DNA from: Candidatus Berkelbacteria bacterium
GTDB lineage: Bacteria; Patescibacteriota; UBA1384; UBA12157
NCBI GenBank assembly: GCA_037127955.1
Contig: JBAXXI010000003.1
Span: 7,771 to 71,770, forward strand
Length of the DNA stretch: 64,000 nucleotides
Reading direction: 5' to 3'
A program made the translations under genes and the position numbers. The notes beneath the pieces are model-generated. The model did not search any database. It was not told where the DNA came from and saw only the letters and a list, made by a program, of their open reading frames with translations. The number at the start of each line of letters is the position of its first letter. Positions within the stretch are counted from its first letter, which is position 1. Positions 1-10,902 of the stretch are shown one piece after another.

Positions 1-339
1 TTTAACACCCAAAATATCGGCCGCGGATTTAGCTTCTTTTTTTCTGGTTGAAACTAATTCGTTGTTACGCTTAGCCTCACCGGTTTTAACACCACCAGAA
101 CCGTCAAAAAAATAAGCGACCGTCACCTCAGCGCCGCTTTCGGTTATTTTTTTAATCGTACCGCCACAACCAAAACAATCATCGTCTGGGTGAGGCGCTA
201 AAACGAGGGCTTTTTTAACATGTATTTCTTCCGAGATCTCGACGTGGAAATTAAATTTGGTGGCATTATAAAATAGCTCGCTACCTAAAGCTTTTTTTAA
301 ACTATTCAGGGAAAACAGGGTTTTTAGCCACTTCGTCAT
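1..339 (-). CDS. PIG-L/LmbE family deacetylase (runs off the window edge; not in the ORF track)
   Basis: Manual translation from ATG 339 after GGAGG: MTKWLKTLFSLNSLKKALGSELFY...VLAPHPDDDCFGCGGTIKK...; APHPDD motif of PIG-L deacetylases; overlaps the end of the upstream glycosyltransferase. Confidence 0.85.
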   Translation of the reverse strand, partial: MTKWLKTLFSLNSLKKALGSELFYNATKFNFHVEISEEIHVKKALVLAPHPDDDCFGCGGTIKKITESGAEVTVAYFFDGSGGVKTGEAKRNNELVSTRKKEAKSAADILGVK

Positions 340-1423
340 AAACTTCCTCCACTTCTTTAATCATATCTTTAAGGTTAAATCTTACTACTGACTCACGACG
401 AGCCATTTCACCCATCTTTTTTGCCAAACCGCGATCGTGAAGCAATTTTAAAATCGCTTCCGATAACTCTTTGATCTGACCTGGCTCAACTAAAATTCCG
501 GATCGATTTTCCACCACTAATTCCGGAATACCACCGGTACGCGTAGCGACAATCGGCAATCCAACTGACATAGCCTGGACAATCGCCAAACCAAAGCTTT
601 CTGAAGTTGACGGTTGAACATATATATCAAGTTTAGCTAAACTTTTTTCCACATCAGCTTGAAAACCAGCAAATTTAACAAATTTTTGAAGTTTCAATTT
701 TTTCGTCAAACCAACCAGTTCTCGCTTAAAAGGACCGTCACCAATAATTTCAAGTCTAACTTCCGGAAATTCCTTCCGAACTTTAGGCAAAGCTGCAATC
801 AAATATTGAACACCTTTAAGCGGAATCAATGTGCCAACCGTTCCAAGCCAAATTTCTTTATCAGACTTAGTAAAAATATTGGCTTTAACTTTGGTCGGCT
901 CAATACCGTTGTAAATAACCCTAATTTTCTGGGCATAAGAAATATTATTATCGATCATGAAGTCTTTAACTGCTTCGGAGACAGCAATATTTTGAGTGGT
1001 AAATAAATCAAAAAACCAACCACCAACATGATGAAGATAATTTAAGGCTCGATTTTTCAAATTAAAATTTCTGGTCCAAAGGTGCTCAGTGTAGATTACT
1101 GGTATACCCAAGCCAAACGCCGCCATTCGTCCAAGCGCCCCTGCGCGTGTACCATGGACATGAATTAAATCTGGCACAAGATGCTTGATAGTTTTTCGAA
1201 TTTTTCCAATAGCCCGAAAATCAGATCGAGAATTCATTGAAATCACTTCGATGTCGATCGGTCGGTGTAAATTACGAATCTCGCCAGCCAACGGGCCAGG
1301 TGGACAAATACAAGCAATTTTATATTTAGTCGTATCAAGATTTTCTAAAATCGATAAGAGATGGCGCGGCGCGCCAGCAAGAGAGCTGTCTCCAATAATT
1401 TCCAAGACCTTAATTTTACTCAT
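302..1423 (-). CDS. Glycosyltransferase family 4 (GT-B)
   Basis: GAPRHL N-terminus, VIYNGI, SESFGLAIVQAMSVGLPIVATRTGGIPE motif. Confidence 0.92.
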   Translation of the reverse strand: MSKIKVLEIIGDSSLAGAPRHLLSILENLDTTKYKIACICPPGPLAGEIRNLHRPIDIEVISMNSRSDFRAIGKIRKTIKHLVPDLIHVHGTRAGALGRMAAFGLGIPVIYTEHLWTRNFNLKNRALNYLHHVGGWFFDLFTTQNIAVSEAVKDFMIDNNISYAQKIRVIYNGIEPTKVKANIFTKSDKEIWLGTVGTLIPLKGVQYLIAALPKVRKEFPEVRLEIIGDGPFKRELVGLTKKLKLQKFVKFAGFQADVEKSLAKLDIYVQPSTSESFGLAIVQAMSVGLPIVATRTGGIPELVVENRSGILVEPGQIKELSEAILKLLHDRGLAKKMGEMARRESVVRFNLKDMIKEVEEVYDEVAKNPVFPE

Positions 1424-1498
1424 ATAAATCCTTTGGAAATTTCCGCGGCAAATGGAGATTTGCCCATGATTTCTAATACTTTTATTTTCATATTAATT

Positions 1499-2977
1499 TT
1501 ATTTTAGCATATCGATGGCTTTTTTCATACGCGCTAAACTCTCGTCTTTACCAAAAAAACCAAGAAGTTCAAACGTACCGGGCGAGGCTGGTTTACCTGA
1601 AAGTGCGGCTCGAATTGGCCACAAAACTTCACCGGCCGAAAGACCAAGTTTAACGGCTAAGGCTCGAAGCAAATTATCAAGTGAATCACGACTAAAATCA
1701 TCTTCTTGCGCCAAAGCTTGACTCGATTCTTCTAAAGCTTTGAGTGTTGCCTCTTTTGTTCCCTTTTTAGGAATTAACAGGTCCGCTTCATAATTTGGCA
1801 GGTGAAAGAAAAAATCCGTTAGCTCTGGTAGTTCTGATAATTTCTTGAGTCGTTCCTGAACCAAAGCAATTATTTGTAAAAGTTCTTCACTTTCTTTTTT
1901 AATCAACCCAGCTTTTTGCAAAAACGGTAAAGCTCGATGAGTTAATTCACCTAAATCCATTTGACGAATATAGTAACCATTAAAATAATCGAGTTTAGTT
2001 TGATCAAAAATCGCTGGACTCTTACCAATATCAGCCAAATCAAAACCACTGGTTAAATCTTTAAGCGTATAAAGTTCGTCGGTCTTAGTCGGTCCATCCA
2101 AAATACTATTAACCGATGGTGACCAACCAAGTAAAACCATAAAATTAATCATGGCTTCTGGCAAATAACCCTGATCACGAAAATCATGACTAACTGAAAC
2201 CGGATTTTTACGCTTACTCATTTTGGTTTTGTCAGAATTTAAAATCATTGGCAAGTGACCATACTCCGGAATAGGCAAATTCATGGCCTGGGCTAACAAA
2301 ATTTGCCTTGGCGTATTCGACAAGTGATCCTCGCCTCTTATTACATGAGTAATTCTCATTTCCGTATCATCAACAATACCAGCGAACATAAAAGTCGGTA
2401 GTCCATCTGATTTCAGGACCACAAAATCACCAAATAATTTCGGATCAAATTCCATCGGACCTTTAATCAAATCTTTAAATTTCACCGGTTGATCTTCTTC
2501 AATTTTAAACCTTAAAGTTGAAGGTCTTCCCTCTTTTTCATATTGCGCAATTTGCTCAGGCGTTAAATTACGACATTTACCAGAGTACTTTGGAGGCAAA
2601 TGATTAGCTTCGGCTGACTTTTTCTCAGCCTCTAAATCTTCGGAAGTACAATAACAGCGATAAGCGTGACCATCAGCCAATAATTGATCAGCATATTTTT
2701 TATAAATCTCTGAGCGCTCACTTTGCCTGTAAGGACCAAATTCACCCTGAGTTTCCGGACCCTCATCGTAATCCATGCCCAACCAATTCATGCATTCCAT
2801 AATATCAATTTCGTATTCCTCGGTTGAACGTTCTTTATCTGTATCTTCAATCCTTAAAATAAATTTACCGCCGAATCTACGAGTAAATAACCAGTTAAAA
2901 AGCGCGGCGCGGGCCGTACCAATATGAAAAAAACCGGTTGGACTTGGGGCAATTCTGGTTCTAATTTCTTCTGACAT
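1499..2977 (-). CDS. gltX: Glutamate--tRNA ligase
   Basis: RIAPSPTGFFHIG (HIGH-like), LRIEDTD, HVIRGEDH, KMSKR; likely start MSEEIR after AAGGA. Confidence 0.97.
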   Translation of the reverse strand: MSEEIRTRIAPSPTGFFHIGTARAALFNWLFTRRFGGKFILRIEDTDKERSTEEYEIDIMECMNWLGMDYDEGPETQGEFGPYRQSERSEIYKKYADQLLADGHAYRCYCTSEDLEAEKKSAEANHLPPKYSGKCRNLTPEQIAQYEKEGRPSTLRFKIEEDQPVKFKDLIKGPMEFDPKLFGDFVVLKSDGLPTFMFAGIVDDTEMRITHVIRGEDHLSNTPRQILLAQAMNLPIPEYGHLPMILNSDKTKMSKRKNPVSVSHDFRDQGYLPEAMINFMVLLGWSPSVNSILDGPTKTDELYTLKDLTSGFDLADIGKSPAIFDQTKLDYFNGYYIRQMDLGELTHRALPFLQKAGLIKKESEELLQIIALVQERLKKLSELPELTDFFFHLPNYEADLLIPKKGTKEATLKALEESSQALAQEDDFSRDSLDNLLRALAVKLGLSAGEVLWPIRAALSGKPASPGTFELLGFFGKDESLARMKKAIDMLK

Positions 2978-3039
2978 ATTTTCCTTTTTAACCTCCATAT
3001 TTTCGGAGGAGAATCGACAATCTTATTTATTTTAGCGTA

Positions 3040-3393
3040 TCACATTTCTTCAACGGCGTTAACAAAATGCTCGACAGTATTTGTGCTTTCATCAATCCCA
3101 ATAACATCAATACGGATGTCGTGATCAGGAAACTTTTGACTGAGGGCTCTGGCCAACTGACGCAATTTGTATTGTTTGTGCCAATCGACTTCTTCTTGCG
3201 GCAGACCATACAAAAAATTTGATTTAGTTTTAACTTCAACAATAACTAGAGTTTTACCATCTTGCATTAAAATATCGATTTCGCCGCAAGGTAAGCGCAG
3301 GTTTCTAGTCACTAAAACATAATGCTTTTTAAGTAAATACTCTAAAGCCGCATCTTCGCCGCTAGCACCCAATTTTTTACGCTCAAAAGACAT
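3040..3393 (-). CDS. YraN family (UPF0102) protein
   Basis: LGASGEDAA...GEIDIL...VEVKTK...RIDVIGI pattern. Confidence 0.9.
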   Translation of the reverse strand: MSFERKKLGASGEDAALEYLLKKHYVLVTRNLRLPCGEIDILMQDGKTLVIVEVKTKSNFLYGLPQEEVDWHKQYKLRQLARALSQKFPDHDIRIDVIGIDESTNTVEHFVNAVEEM

Positions 3394-3404
3394 ATTTTTG
3401 CTCT

Positions 3405-3432
3405 AAAAAAATCCCGACAAGCGGGATTTTTT
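3405..3432. terminator. Intrinsic terminator after rplS
   Basis: AAAAAAATCCCG-ACAAG-CGGGATTTTTT hairpin flanked by A/T runs. Confidence 0.75.
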
Positions 3433-3469
3433 CATATATTTATATAATTTTTAAAATAAACCCGCACTT

Positions 3470-3994
3470 TTATTCGGCTTTTTCTTCAGTTTTCTCTTCT
3501 AAGTGAGCCTGAACCGCTTCTTCAAATTTTTCTTCAAGAGCTTGTTCTTCTTTTTCTTTTTCAGCTAATTTAGCTTCGGCTTCAGCGGCTTTTTCGGCTT
3601 CAATTCGAGCGATTTCTTCATCAGCACTTGGTTCTTCCCAAATTTCGCCTGATTTAGTTTCAACTACTTTTTTCTTTTTCTTACCAACCAAATCACGCAC
3701 AAAGTAAAGTTTAGCTCTACCTGGAGCATAACTTTTAACTTTTTCAAATTTCACGATTAATGGCGAATGAATTGGAAAAGTTCGTTCAATACCGATACCA
3801 TCGGTCACACGTCGAACTTTAATTGAGCCATCTAAACCTTTACCATGCTTGGTGGTAATCACTAAGCCTTCAAAATTCTGAATACGAGTTTTCGAGCCTT
3901 CAGTAATTTTAAAAGAAATCTTGACGGTATCGCCAACATTGATATCTGGTACATTTTTCTTTTGATAGCTTTTGGTTAAACTTTGAATATCCAT
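3470..3994 (-). CDS. rplS: 50S ribosomal protein L19 with acidic C-terminal extension
   Basis: GDTVKI...RIQNFEGLVI...GIERTFPIHSP...RAKLYFVR. Confidence 0.97.
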   Translation of the reverse strand: MDIQSLTKSYQKKNVPDINVGDTVKISFKITEGSKTRIQNFEGLVITTKHGKGLDGSIKVRRVTDGIGIERTFPIHSPLIVKFEKVKSYAPGRAKLYFVRDLVGKKKKKVVETKSGEIWEEPSADEEIARIEAEKAAEAEAKLAEKEKEEQALEEKFEEAVQAHLEEKTEEKAE

Positions 3995-4171
3995 TTTTTA
4001 CTCCGCAAATTAAAAATTAGAGAAACTAATTCCTTTATATTTCTTGGGTTTTATTAACCCTAAATTCTTTTATTATCTTACCAGAAAGTCAGATATTTGT
4101 AAAGAGGCAGGATTTAAAAAATCACTTCGATTTCTCAAGAAGTGATTTTTTTATTTTAGTACAGTTGAATC

Positions 4172-4444
4172 TTAACTCACGGAAACGATAGTTTTATTAC
4201 CTTTTGAACCAGTAAATTTCATGACTTGAGTTTTCTTGAAATTAACTTTACCGGCAACTTTTGCATATAAAGTATCGTCCGCGCCCATCGCAGTACCCTC
4301 GCCAGAATAAAACTTGCTACCACGTTGTCGAACAATAATTTGACCGGCTTCAATAGTCTGACCACCGAATATTTTAACGCCGAGACGTTTGGCTCGACTG
4401 TCGCGACCTAATTTACTTGTACCCTTCGCCTTTGTATGTGCCAT
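4172..4444 (-). CDS. rpmA: 50S ribosomal protein L27
   Basis: [24 protein letters not shown]...IIVRQRG. Confidence 0.98.
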   Translation of the reverse strand: MAHTKAKGTSKLGRDSRAKRLGVKIFGGQTIEAGQIIVRQRGSKFYSGEGTAMGADDTLYAKVAGKVNFKKTQVMKFTGSKGNKTIVSVS

Positions 4445-4597
4445 TTGGACTCCAATTTTCTATTTCTATTTTCTAATACTAATTTCTAAACTTTAATATA
4501 CCTCATTTAATCATAAAAATCAAGATTTGTCAACCATTCTATTGTCTGTTAAGATGGTTTTAGGTCCTTCAACTAATTTAATTAGGTTATTTTATAT

Positions 4598-7500
4598 ATG
4601 CCAAACTTTGTCCACTTACATACTCATTCGCATTATTCTTTACTCGACGGTATGGGAAAACTCCCAGACCTAATTAAACGTGCCAAAGAACTAAATATGG
4701 ACACACTAGCTTTAACTGACCATGGTGTTATGTATGGAGCGATTGAATTTTACAAAAAATGTCATGATGAAGGTATTAAAGCAATTATCGGCGTTGAAGC
4801 CTATGTCGCTCCTAGAACCATGAAAGATAAGGAGCCGAAAGTCGATAGTTCACCTTACCATTTGGTTTTGTTGGCTAAAAACGAAGAAGGCTATCAAAAT
4901 CTACTTAAAATAACGACTGTCGCTCACCTCGAAGGCTACTATTATAAACCAAGAGTGGACAAAGAATTTCTAAGGACCCACGGTAAAGGTATTATTGCTT
5001 TATCTGCCTGTTTAGCCGGCGAAGTCCCGCGCATGGTTAATTCAGATCAAAAAGATCGAGCCCTCGAAGCAATTAAAGAATATCAGGAAATTTTCGGTAA
5101 AGAAAATTTTTATCTCGAATTACAATATCACCCAGAACTACCTGAGCAAGTTAAGGTTAATAAAGGCCTGATTGAATTAGCTCGAGAATTAAATATTGGC
5201 CTAGTTTGCACGAGCGATATTCACTATGTTCGCGCCGAAGATCGAGACGCCCATGAAGTTTTGCTCGCCATTCAAACCGGTAAAGATTTTGATGACGAAA
5301 ACAGGCTTTCACTTAAAGAATTCGATTTATCCATGACGTCACCTGAAGATATGGCTGAACATTTTAAAGAAGTCCCAGATGCTTTAACCAATACCTTAAA
5401 AATTGCCGAGCAATGCACTTTGGAATTAAAACTCGGCCAAACCATTTTGCCTAAATTTGACACTCCAGACAATCTTTCAAGTGAAGAATATCTAAATAAA
5501 CTTTGCTACGAGGGCGCCGAAGCCCGTTATGGCAAAATCACTCCGCAAATCAAAGAAAGACTTGATTATGAACTGTCTATTATCTTAAAATGTCACTTTG
5601 AAGACTATTTCTTAATCGTTCGAGATTACGTTAAATTCGCTAAAGATGCCGGAATTATGGTTGGACCTGGTCGTGGCTCGGCCGCTGGCTCAATCGTAGC
5701 CTATGTTTTGGAAATCACCGATCTTGACCCGATTTATTATGACTTACTTTTTGAAAGATTTTTAAATCCAGAACGTATTTCCCCTCCTGATGTGGACTTA
5801 GATTTTGCTGACGACCGCCGTGGCGAAGTCATCCAATATATTTCTGATAAATATGGCAAAGATCATGTGGCCCAAATTATTACTTTCGGTTTAATGAAAG
5901 CTCGTATGGTCATTCGTGATGTAACCAGAGCCCTAGGTATGAGCTATGATGACGGTGATCGAATCGCTAAACTTATTCCAATGGGCATGAATCTCGATGA
6001 AGCCATTGCTAGTGTTGCTGAACTTAAAAAAATTTACGATAACGAACCACCTTTTCGACGTTTAATCGATATGGCTAAACGACTCGAAAACGTCGCTCGT
6101 AACGCTGGCACGCATGCCGCCGGCGTCGTCATTTCTCAAGATGATTTAACTAACTTTGTTCCACTTCAATTTCCACCACGAGGTGAAAACAATATTGTCA
6201 CCCAATATTCCATGAAATATATCGACGAAGTCGGTCTATTAAAAGTTGATATTTTGGGTCTATCCAACCTTACAATTATTAAAAATGCTCTTAGAATTAT
6301 CAAAAAAACCGCGGACGTCGACATCGATCTAAGTAAAATTCCAATGGACGATAATGAAAGTTACGAATTACTGGCCCGAGGCGATTCTTCAGGCGTATTT
6401 CAGCTTGAATCCGATGGCATGAAGCGTTACCTTAAAGAACTCAAGCCAACCAGGTTTGAAGATATCATTTCTATGGTCGCTCTTTACCGACCAGGACCAA
6501 TGGATTCGATTCCAGACTTTATTGACGCCAAACATGGGCGCAAACAGATCACTTATCTTGATCCAAAACTTGAACCAATTCTTTCCAGTACTTATGGTGT
6601 CATTGTTACTCAGGACCAGGTGTTACAGATTGCTCGCCATTTTTCCGGTTTCACTTATGGACAAGCCGATATTCTTCGTAAAGCCGTGGGTAAAAAGAAT
6701 AAAGTTCTCCTTGATGAACAAAAACATAAATTTATCGAAGGTGCGATTAAAGAAGGTGCGTCTCACAATACTGCTCAAGCCGTTTGGGACTTTATCGAAC
6801 CTTTCGCCAGGTATGGCTTTAACCGTGCTCACGCGGCTTGCTATGCCATGATTAGTTACCAAACCGCCTATTTGAAGGCCCACTACCCTTCAGCCTTTAT
6901 GGCCGCTTGGTTGACCGCTGAACAACAAAATATCGACAAAATTGCCTTTGCTATTGGCGAATGCCAACGCATGAGTATCGAGGTCTTACCTCCAGATGTC
7001 AATGAATCATTTGTTGAATTCGGTGTAGTCAAAAGTACTGGCAATATCCGTTTTGGTTTAGCGGCAGTGAAAAATGTTGGAGTTGGAGTTTCAGAAAAAA
7101 TTGTCGAAGAACGTAAAAACAACGGTCCATATTTAAGTTTTGGTGAATTTGTTACTAGGTTAACCGGTAAAGTTTTAAATAAAAAAGTCATCGAAGCCTT
7201 AGCTAAAGCCGGCGCACTCGATCATTTAGTTGAACGTAACCAGGTTTTAACCCAAATCGAAGTGATTTTAAAATTCATTTCCAATTTAGATAAAAGTGAT
7301 AAACATAATCAAATGAATCTATTTAGCGATATGACCGCTAACGCGCCTTTAGCCGAACTTAAACTTGAATCAGTCGAGCCAGCGCCACAAAAACAACGCT
7401 TAGCTTGGGAAAAAGAATTACTTGGTATTTATCTTTCCGAACATCCGCTTAAAGGTGTTGCTTCAAAACTCTTATCTTTAGGTACTTCAATCGCCGAAAT

Positions 7501-8068
7501 TGAAACTCTACCATCGGAAACCAAGGTTAAATTTGGTGGTGTTATTAGTCAATCTCGTAAAATTATGACTAAAAACAAAGAACCAATGATGTTTGTCACA
7601 ATCGAAGATTTAACTGGCAAAATTGAAGTGATCGTCTTTCCACGGACCTTGGCCCAAAATCCTAATATTTGGACTTCGGACGAACCTTTAGTAATCAACG
7701 GTCGGCTCGATCGCAAGGAAAACTTGCCTAAAGTGATTGCTCAAAGCGCTGAAATTCTTGATGAAGCCAACGATAATCCAGGTGACGAAGTAGTTGTCGC
7801 CGAAAATGACGCAAAACGCAAAACTGCAGCAGAAAAAATCGTGATCACTCTACCAGGCCGCGCTCAAAAAGATATTCTTCTTAAAATCAAAGATATTTTA
7901 GCTCAATATGTAGTTCCGGACGGCGTACCAGGTCTGGCTGTCTATCTTAAAATTCCAAAAAATATCGGCTATGAAGAAATAAAAACTAAAACAACCGTCG
8001 AACTTAAAGCCGCTCTCACCAGACAACTGGGAGAAGCTATTGATGGCGGCAAAATTGAAATTCTCTAA
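4598..8068 (+). CDS. dnaE: DNA polymerase III alpha subunit
   Basis: PHP domain HLHTHSHYSLLDG, GPGRGSAAGS, PPDVDLDF, YGFNRAHA, C-terminal OB fold. Confidence 0.98.
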   Translation: MPNFVHLHTHSHYSLLDGMGKLPDLIKRAKELNMDTLALTDHGVMYGAIEFYKKCHDEGIKAIIGVEAYVAPRTMKDKEPKVDSSPYHLVLLAKNEEGYQNLLKITTVAHLEGYYYKPRVDKEFLRTHGKGIIALSACLAGEVPRMVNSDQKDRALEAIKEYQEIFGKENFYLELQYHPELPEQVKVNKGLIELARELNIGLVCTSDIHYVRAEDRDAHEVLLAIQTGKDFDDENRLSLKEFDLSMTSPEDMAEHFKEVPDALTNTLKIAEQCTLELKLGQTILPKFDTPDNLSSEEYLNKLCYEGAEARYGKITPQIKERLDYELSIILKCHFEDYFLIVRDYVKFAKDAGIMVGPGRGSAAGSIVAYVLEITDLDPIYYDLLFERFLNPERISPPDVDLDFADDRRGEVIQYISDKYGKDHVAQIITFGLMKARMVIRDVTRALGMSYDDGDRIAKLIPMGMNLDEAIASVAELKKIYDNEPPFRRLIDMAKRLENVARNAGTHAAGVVISQDDLTNFVPLQFPPRGENNIVTQYSMKYIDEVGLLKVDILGLSNLTIIKNALRIIKKTADVDIDLSKIPMDDNESYELLARGDSSGVFQLESDGMKRYLKELKPTRFEDIISMVALYRPGPMDSIPDFIDAKHGRKQITYLDPKLEPILSSTYGVIVTQDQVLQIARHFSGFTYGQADILRKAVGKKNKVLLDEQKHKFIEGAIKEGASHNTAQAVWDFIEPFARYGFNRAHAACYAMISYQTAYLKAHYPSAFMAAWLTAEQQNIDKIAFAIGECQRMSIEVLPPDVNESFVEFGVVKSTGNIRFGLAAVKNVGVGVSEKIVEERKNNGPYLSFGEFVTRLTGKVLNKKVIEALAKAGALDHLVERNQVLTQIEVILKFISNLDKSDKHNQMNLFSDMTANAPLAELKLESVEPAPQKQRLAWEKELLGIYLSEHPLKGVASKLLSLGTSIAEIETLPSETKVKFGGVISQSRKIMTKNKEPMMFVTIEDLTGKIEVIVFPRTLAQNPNIWTSDEPLVINGRLDRKENLPKVIAQSAEILDEANDNPGDEVVVAENDAKRKTAAEKIVITLPGRAQKDILLKIKDILAQYVVPDGVPGLAVYLKIPKNIGYEEIKTKTTVELKAALTRQLGEAIDGGKIEIL

Positions 8069-8150
8069 TTTGACATCGTGACCAGATTATCTTACGCTTA
8101 ATATAGGTATATTTATCAAGTAAAGTCATAAACTTTCCAGGAGGTAAAAT

Positions 8151-8504
8151 ATGAACGAAGAAAAAACCACAACACCCGGACCAGAACACTTAAGCCCAAA
8201 TGTAGCCGCCGCTCTTTGTTATTTTCTTTGGATGGTTGGCGGTATCGTTTTCTATCTAACCAGTAAAAATGAATATGTCCGCTTCCACGCCATGCAATCT
8301 TTGCTTTTTAGCGCTGCTATTGCCGTAATTTATGTTTTCCTTATGGTTTTCGGTTTTATGCTCTGGTTTTTACTCGGCATTGTTTCAATCTTGATTTACA
8401 CGGCCGTTTTTGCCGTCTGGCTTTTACTCATGATTAAGGCTTATCAAGGTGAAAAATTCAAACTACCTTATTTGGGTCAAATGGCCGAAAAACTAATCAA
8501 ATAA
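8151..8504 (+). CDS. DUF4870/Tic20-like small membrane protein
   Basis: AAALCY...VRFHAMQS...KAYQGEKFKLP motif; GGAGG SD. Confidence 0.8.
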   Translation: MNEEKTTTPGPEHLSPNVAAALCYFLWMVGGIVFYLTSKNEYVRFHAMQSLLFSAAIAVIYVFLMVFGFMLWFLLGIVSILIYTAVFAVWLLLMIKAYQGEKFKLPYLGQMAEKLIK

Positions 8505-8518
8505 GAAACTTAGGTACT

Positions 8519-8547
8519 AAAAAAACGACCGAAATGGTCGTTTTTTT
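8519..8547. terminator. Bidirectional intrinsic terminator
   Basis: AAAAAAACGACC-GAAAT-GGTCGTTTTTT between convergent genes. Confidence 0.8.
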
Positions 8548-8565
8548 GATTTTGTAATTATAAAT

Positions 8566-9063
8566 TTAATTTTTATATTTCTTCGCCAAAGTTGCAATTT
8601 TTTCCTGTAAAAAATGAGGATTTTCAACATTTTCCACCACAATCATCGAAACTTCATCACCCACTGTTGATATTTTTACATCGCCAAAATTCAATAAACT
8701 TTTAATTAAGCCTTTGATCTCGTAATTAATATTCATAACATTATCAAGTTCAGTTTCTGAAACTCGACGATTGAAAAAACTTTTTTGATCAATCTTAATA
8801 ATCCGATGATTTGTCAAAATCAATAAATCGTTACTGTACGAGTACCAAACGATCGTTACATAAATTAAAACAAAACAAACACCAACGGCCAATAATCCAA
8901 TTGTAAAAGCATTCCAGTGACCGATTAAAATACCGGCGAAAACAATTAATATTACTAAAATTATATTAAAAATCGCTCGAGCCAAAACCCAAGGATGCTG
9001 GCGAACCGTCATAATGACTTCTTCGTCGGCTGCTTGATTGTCGAGCTCTAAATCTGCTTTCAT
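8566..9063 (-). CDS. Membrane protein with bacterial PH domain
   Basis: RQHPW, two TM helices, LTNHRII...LLNFGDVKIST. Confidence 0.75.
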   Translation of the reverse strand: MKADLELDNQAADEEVIMTVRQHPWVLARAIFNIILVILIVFAGILIGHWNAFTIGLLAVGVCFVLIYVTIVWYSYSNDLLILTNHRIIKIDQKSFFNRRVSETELDNVMNINYEIKGLIKSLLNFGDVKISTVGDEVSMIVVENVENPHFLQEKIATLAKKYKN

Positions 9064-9171
9064 AAATCCCTACCTTTTATTTAACGCCAAAGCTTGGCAA
9101 AAAATGGTAAAATCATGCCAACCATTAAAATAATAATCACCATGATAAAAACTGCTTTGCGTAATTTTTTA

Positions 9172-10272
9172 TTAAACATTTTTCCCTCTTTTCCTCTTTC
9201 TCCATTCTAATACAATTAAGCCAATGGCTAAAGTCCCCATGACGATTAATAGCCAAACTGTTGCTTGAACTTTACCAGCGGTCTGAGAAAAAATCGCCAC
9301 CGCCCCAAAAATGGCCGAAATCAAATACAAAGTTAAAACGGCTTGTCGTTGGGTTAAACCAACATCAATTAATCGATGGTGAAGATGAAATTTATCGGCT
9401 TTAAAAGGAGAATTCCCTGACATAATTCGTCGCAAAGCCACCCATACCACATCGAGCACTGGAATACCTAAAACCAAAAAAGCAGTAGCAACTTTACCAC
9501 CGGAAATAACTGCTAACACGCCCAATAAATAGCCTAAAAACATACTCCCAGAGTCACCCATAAAGATTTTCGCTGGGTTAAAATTCCAAGGAATAAAACC
9601 TAGTACCGAACCAGCAAAAATCAAAGATAAAAGCGCGGCCGCCGGTTGACCTAAAGACAAGCTTAAAAAGAAAATGCTCACCGCCGCAATCACAGCTATA
9701 CCGCCCGCCAAACCATCGAGACCATCAAGAAAATTCAAAGTATTAATCATTAAAACAATCCAAAATACAGTTAATAAATTAGACCAGACGGTAAAATGAA
9801 AAGGTATGCCAAATAAACTATAATTCCAAATCAAATTACCTAAATCGATATGTAAACCGGCCGGCAACCTGATATAACCAATATTTAAACCAAAACTCAC
9901 TACAATAGTCGCCGCTACAATATGCCAAAAAAGCTTCCACCAAGGTTTGACCCCACTTACGTCGTCAACAATACCAACCACCAGCAAAACCACGGCACCA
10001 AAAAGCACTCCAATCAATTTCTGATCAAAAATTAAAATTTTAGCACTACCAAAATCCAATCGATTAGCGGCCAAAGCATAACCAATAGTAGTTAATAAAA
10101 AGGCTAAAACAATCGCCAACCCACCAAGTCGAGGCGTGGCTTTTTCATGAATCTTGCGGCCGCCGGGCTCGTCAAAAATACCTAATTTTTCTGCCAAAAC
10201 CTTAACCGAATAAGTTAGTCCGCCGGTCATTAACGCGGCAATGACCAAAGGCGCAATATAATTTTGAATCAT
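9172..10272 (-). CDS. Undecaprenyl-phosphate GlcNAc-1-phosphate transferase (WecA/TagO, MraY family)
   Basis: RKIHEKATPRLGG, NFLDGLDGLA, WNFNPAKIFMGDSGS, HLHHRL. Confidence 0.93.
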   Translation of the reverse strand: MIQNYIAPLVIAALMTGGLTYSVKVLAEKLGIFDEPGGRKIHEKATPRLGGLAIVLAFLLTTIGYALAANRLDFGSAKILIFDQKLIGVLFGAVVLLVVGIVDDVSGVKPWWKLFWHIVAATIVVSFGLNIGYIRLPAGLHIDLGNLIWNYSLFGIPFHFTVWSNLLTVFWIVLMINTLNFLDGLDGLAGGIAVIAAVSIFFLSLSLGQPAAALLSLIFAGSVLGFIPWNFNPAKIFMGDSGSMFLGYLLGVLAVISGGKVATAFLVLGIPVLDVVWVALRRIMSGNSPFKADKFHLHHRLIDVGLTQRQAVLTLYLISAIFGAVAIFSQTAGKVQATVWLLIVMGTLAIGLIVLEWRKRKRGKNV

Positions 10273-10868
10273 TTTTTTAAGTCCTTCTGAATCACTTTAA
10301 ATATATCTTCGGCTTCTTGTTCTGGCGTTTGGGTTGCGTCAATTTTAATCCATTGACCAAAAACTTTTTTTTGAGCTAATTGATCGTATAGATCCGCCGT
10401 TTTTTTAAATAAAGGTTTATTTTGTTCATTTCTGTCACTACCCTTGGCTTCTTTGGTTTTACGATCAAAAGCCGTTTTCCAAGGCAACTGTAAATAAAAT
10501 ATCCTGTCCGGTCTCTCCAACTCAAACAGTTTTGCCATAGCTAAACCTTTTTCCACCGAAAACCCTTGCGCCCCTTGAAAAACCAAAGTACAAGGCAAAT
10601 ATCGATCAATAATCAAAACTTTTTTTCTTAATTTTTTAATTCTAGCTTTTTCTTCAACCATCTGACCAATAAACGCGATAAATTGGGCCTCGTTGGTCAT
10701 CTCTGTTTTTCTATCCAAAAAATCGTAAATATCACGACCAAAAGGCAAAGACGGTACCGGATATTTTAAAGTCTCGTATGGAATTTTGGCTTCGGTTAAT
10801 TTCTTTTCTAAAGCCCGGCGCACCACGCCGCAACCCGCTCCATCAATTCCTTCGATCGAATAAAACAT
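10269..10868 (-). CDS. tmk: Thymidylate kinase-like protein (degenerate P-loop)
   Basis: IEGIDGAG, IIDRY, IDATQTPE motifs; adjacent to ndk; Walker A Lys absent. Confidence 0.8.
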   Translation of the reverse strand: MFYSIEGIDGAGCGVVRRALEKKLTEAKIPYETLKYPVPSLPFGRDIYDFLDRKTEMTNEAQFIAFIGQMVEEKARIKKLRKKVLIIDRYLPCTLVFQGAQGFSVEKGLAMAKLFELERPDRIFYLQLPWKTAFDRKTKEAKGSDRNEQNKPLFKKTADLYDQLAQKKVFGQWIKIDATQTPEQEAEDIFKVIQKDLKK

Positions 10869-10902
10869 CTTTTTCTTCCCTCTTTAAACAATAAATTCGC
10901 GC

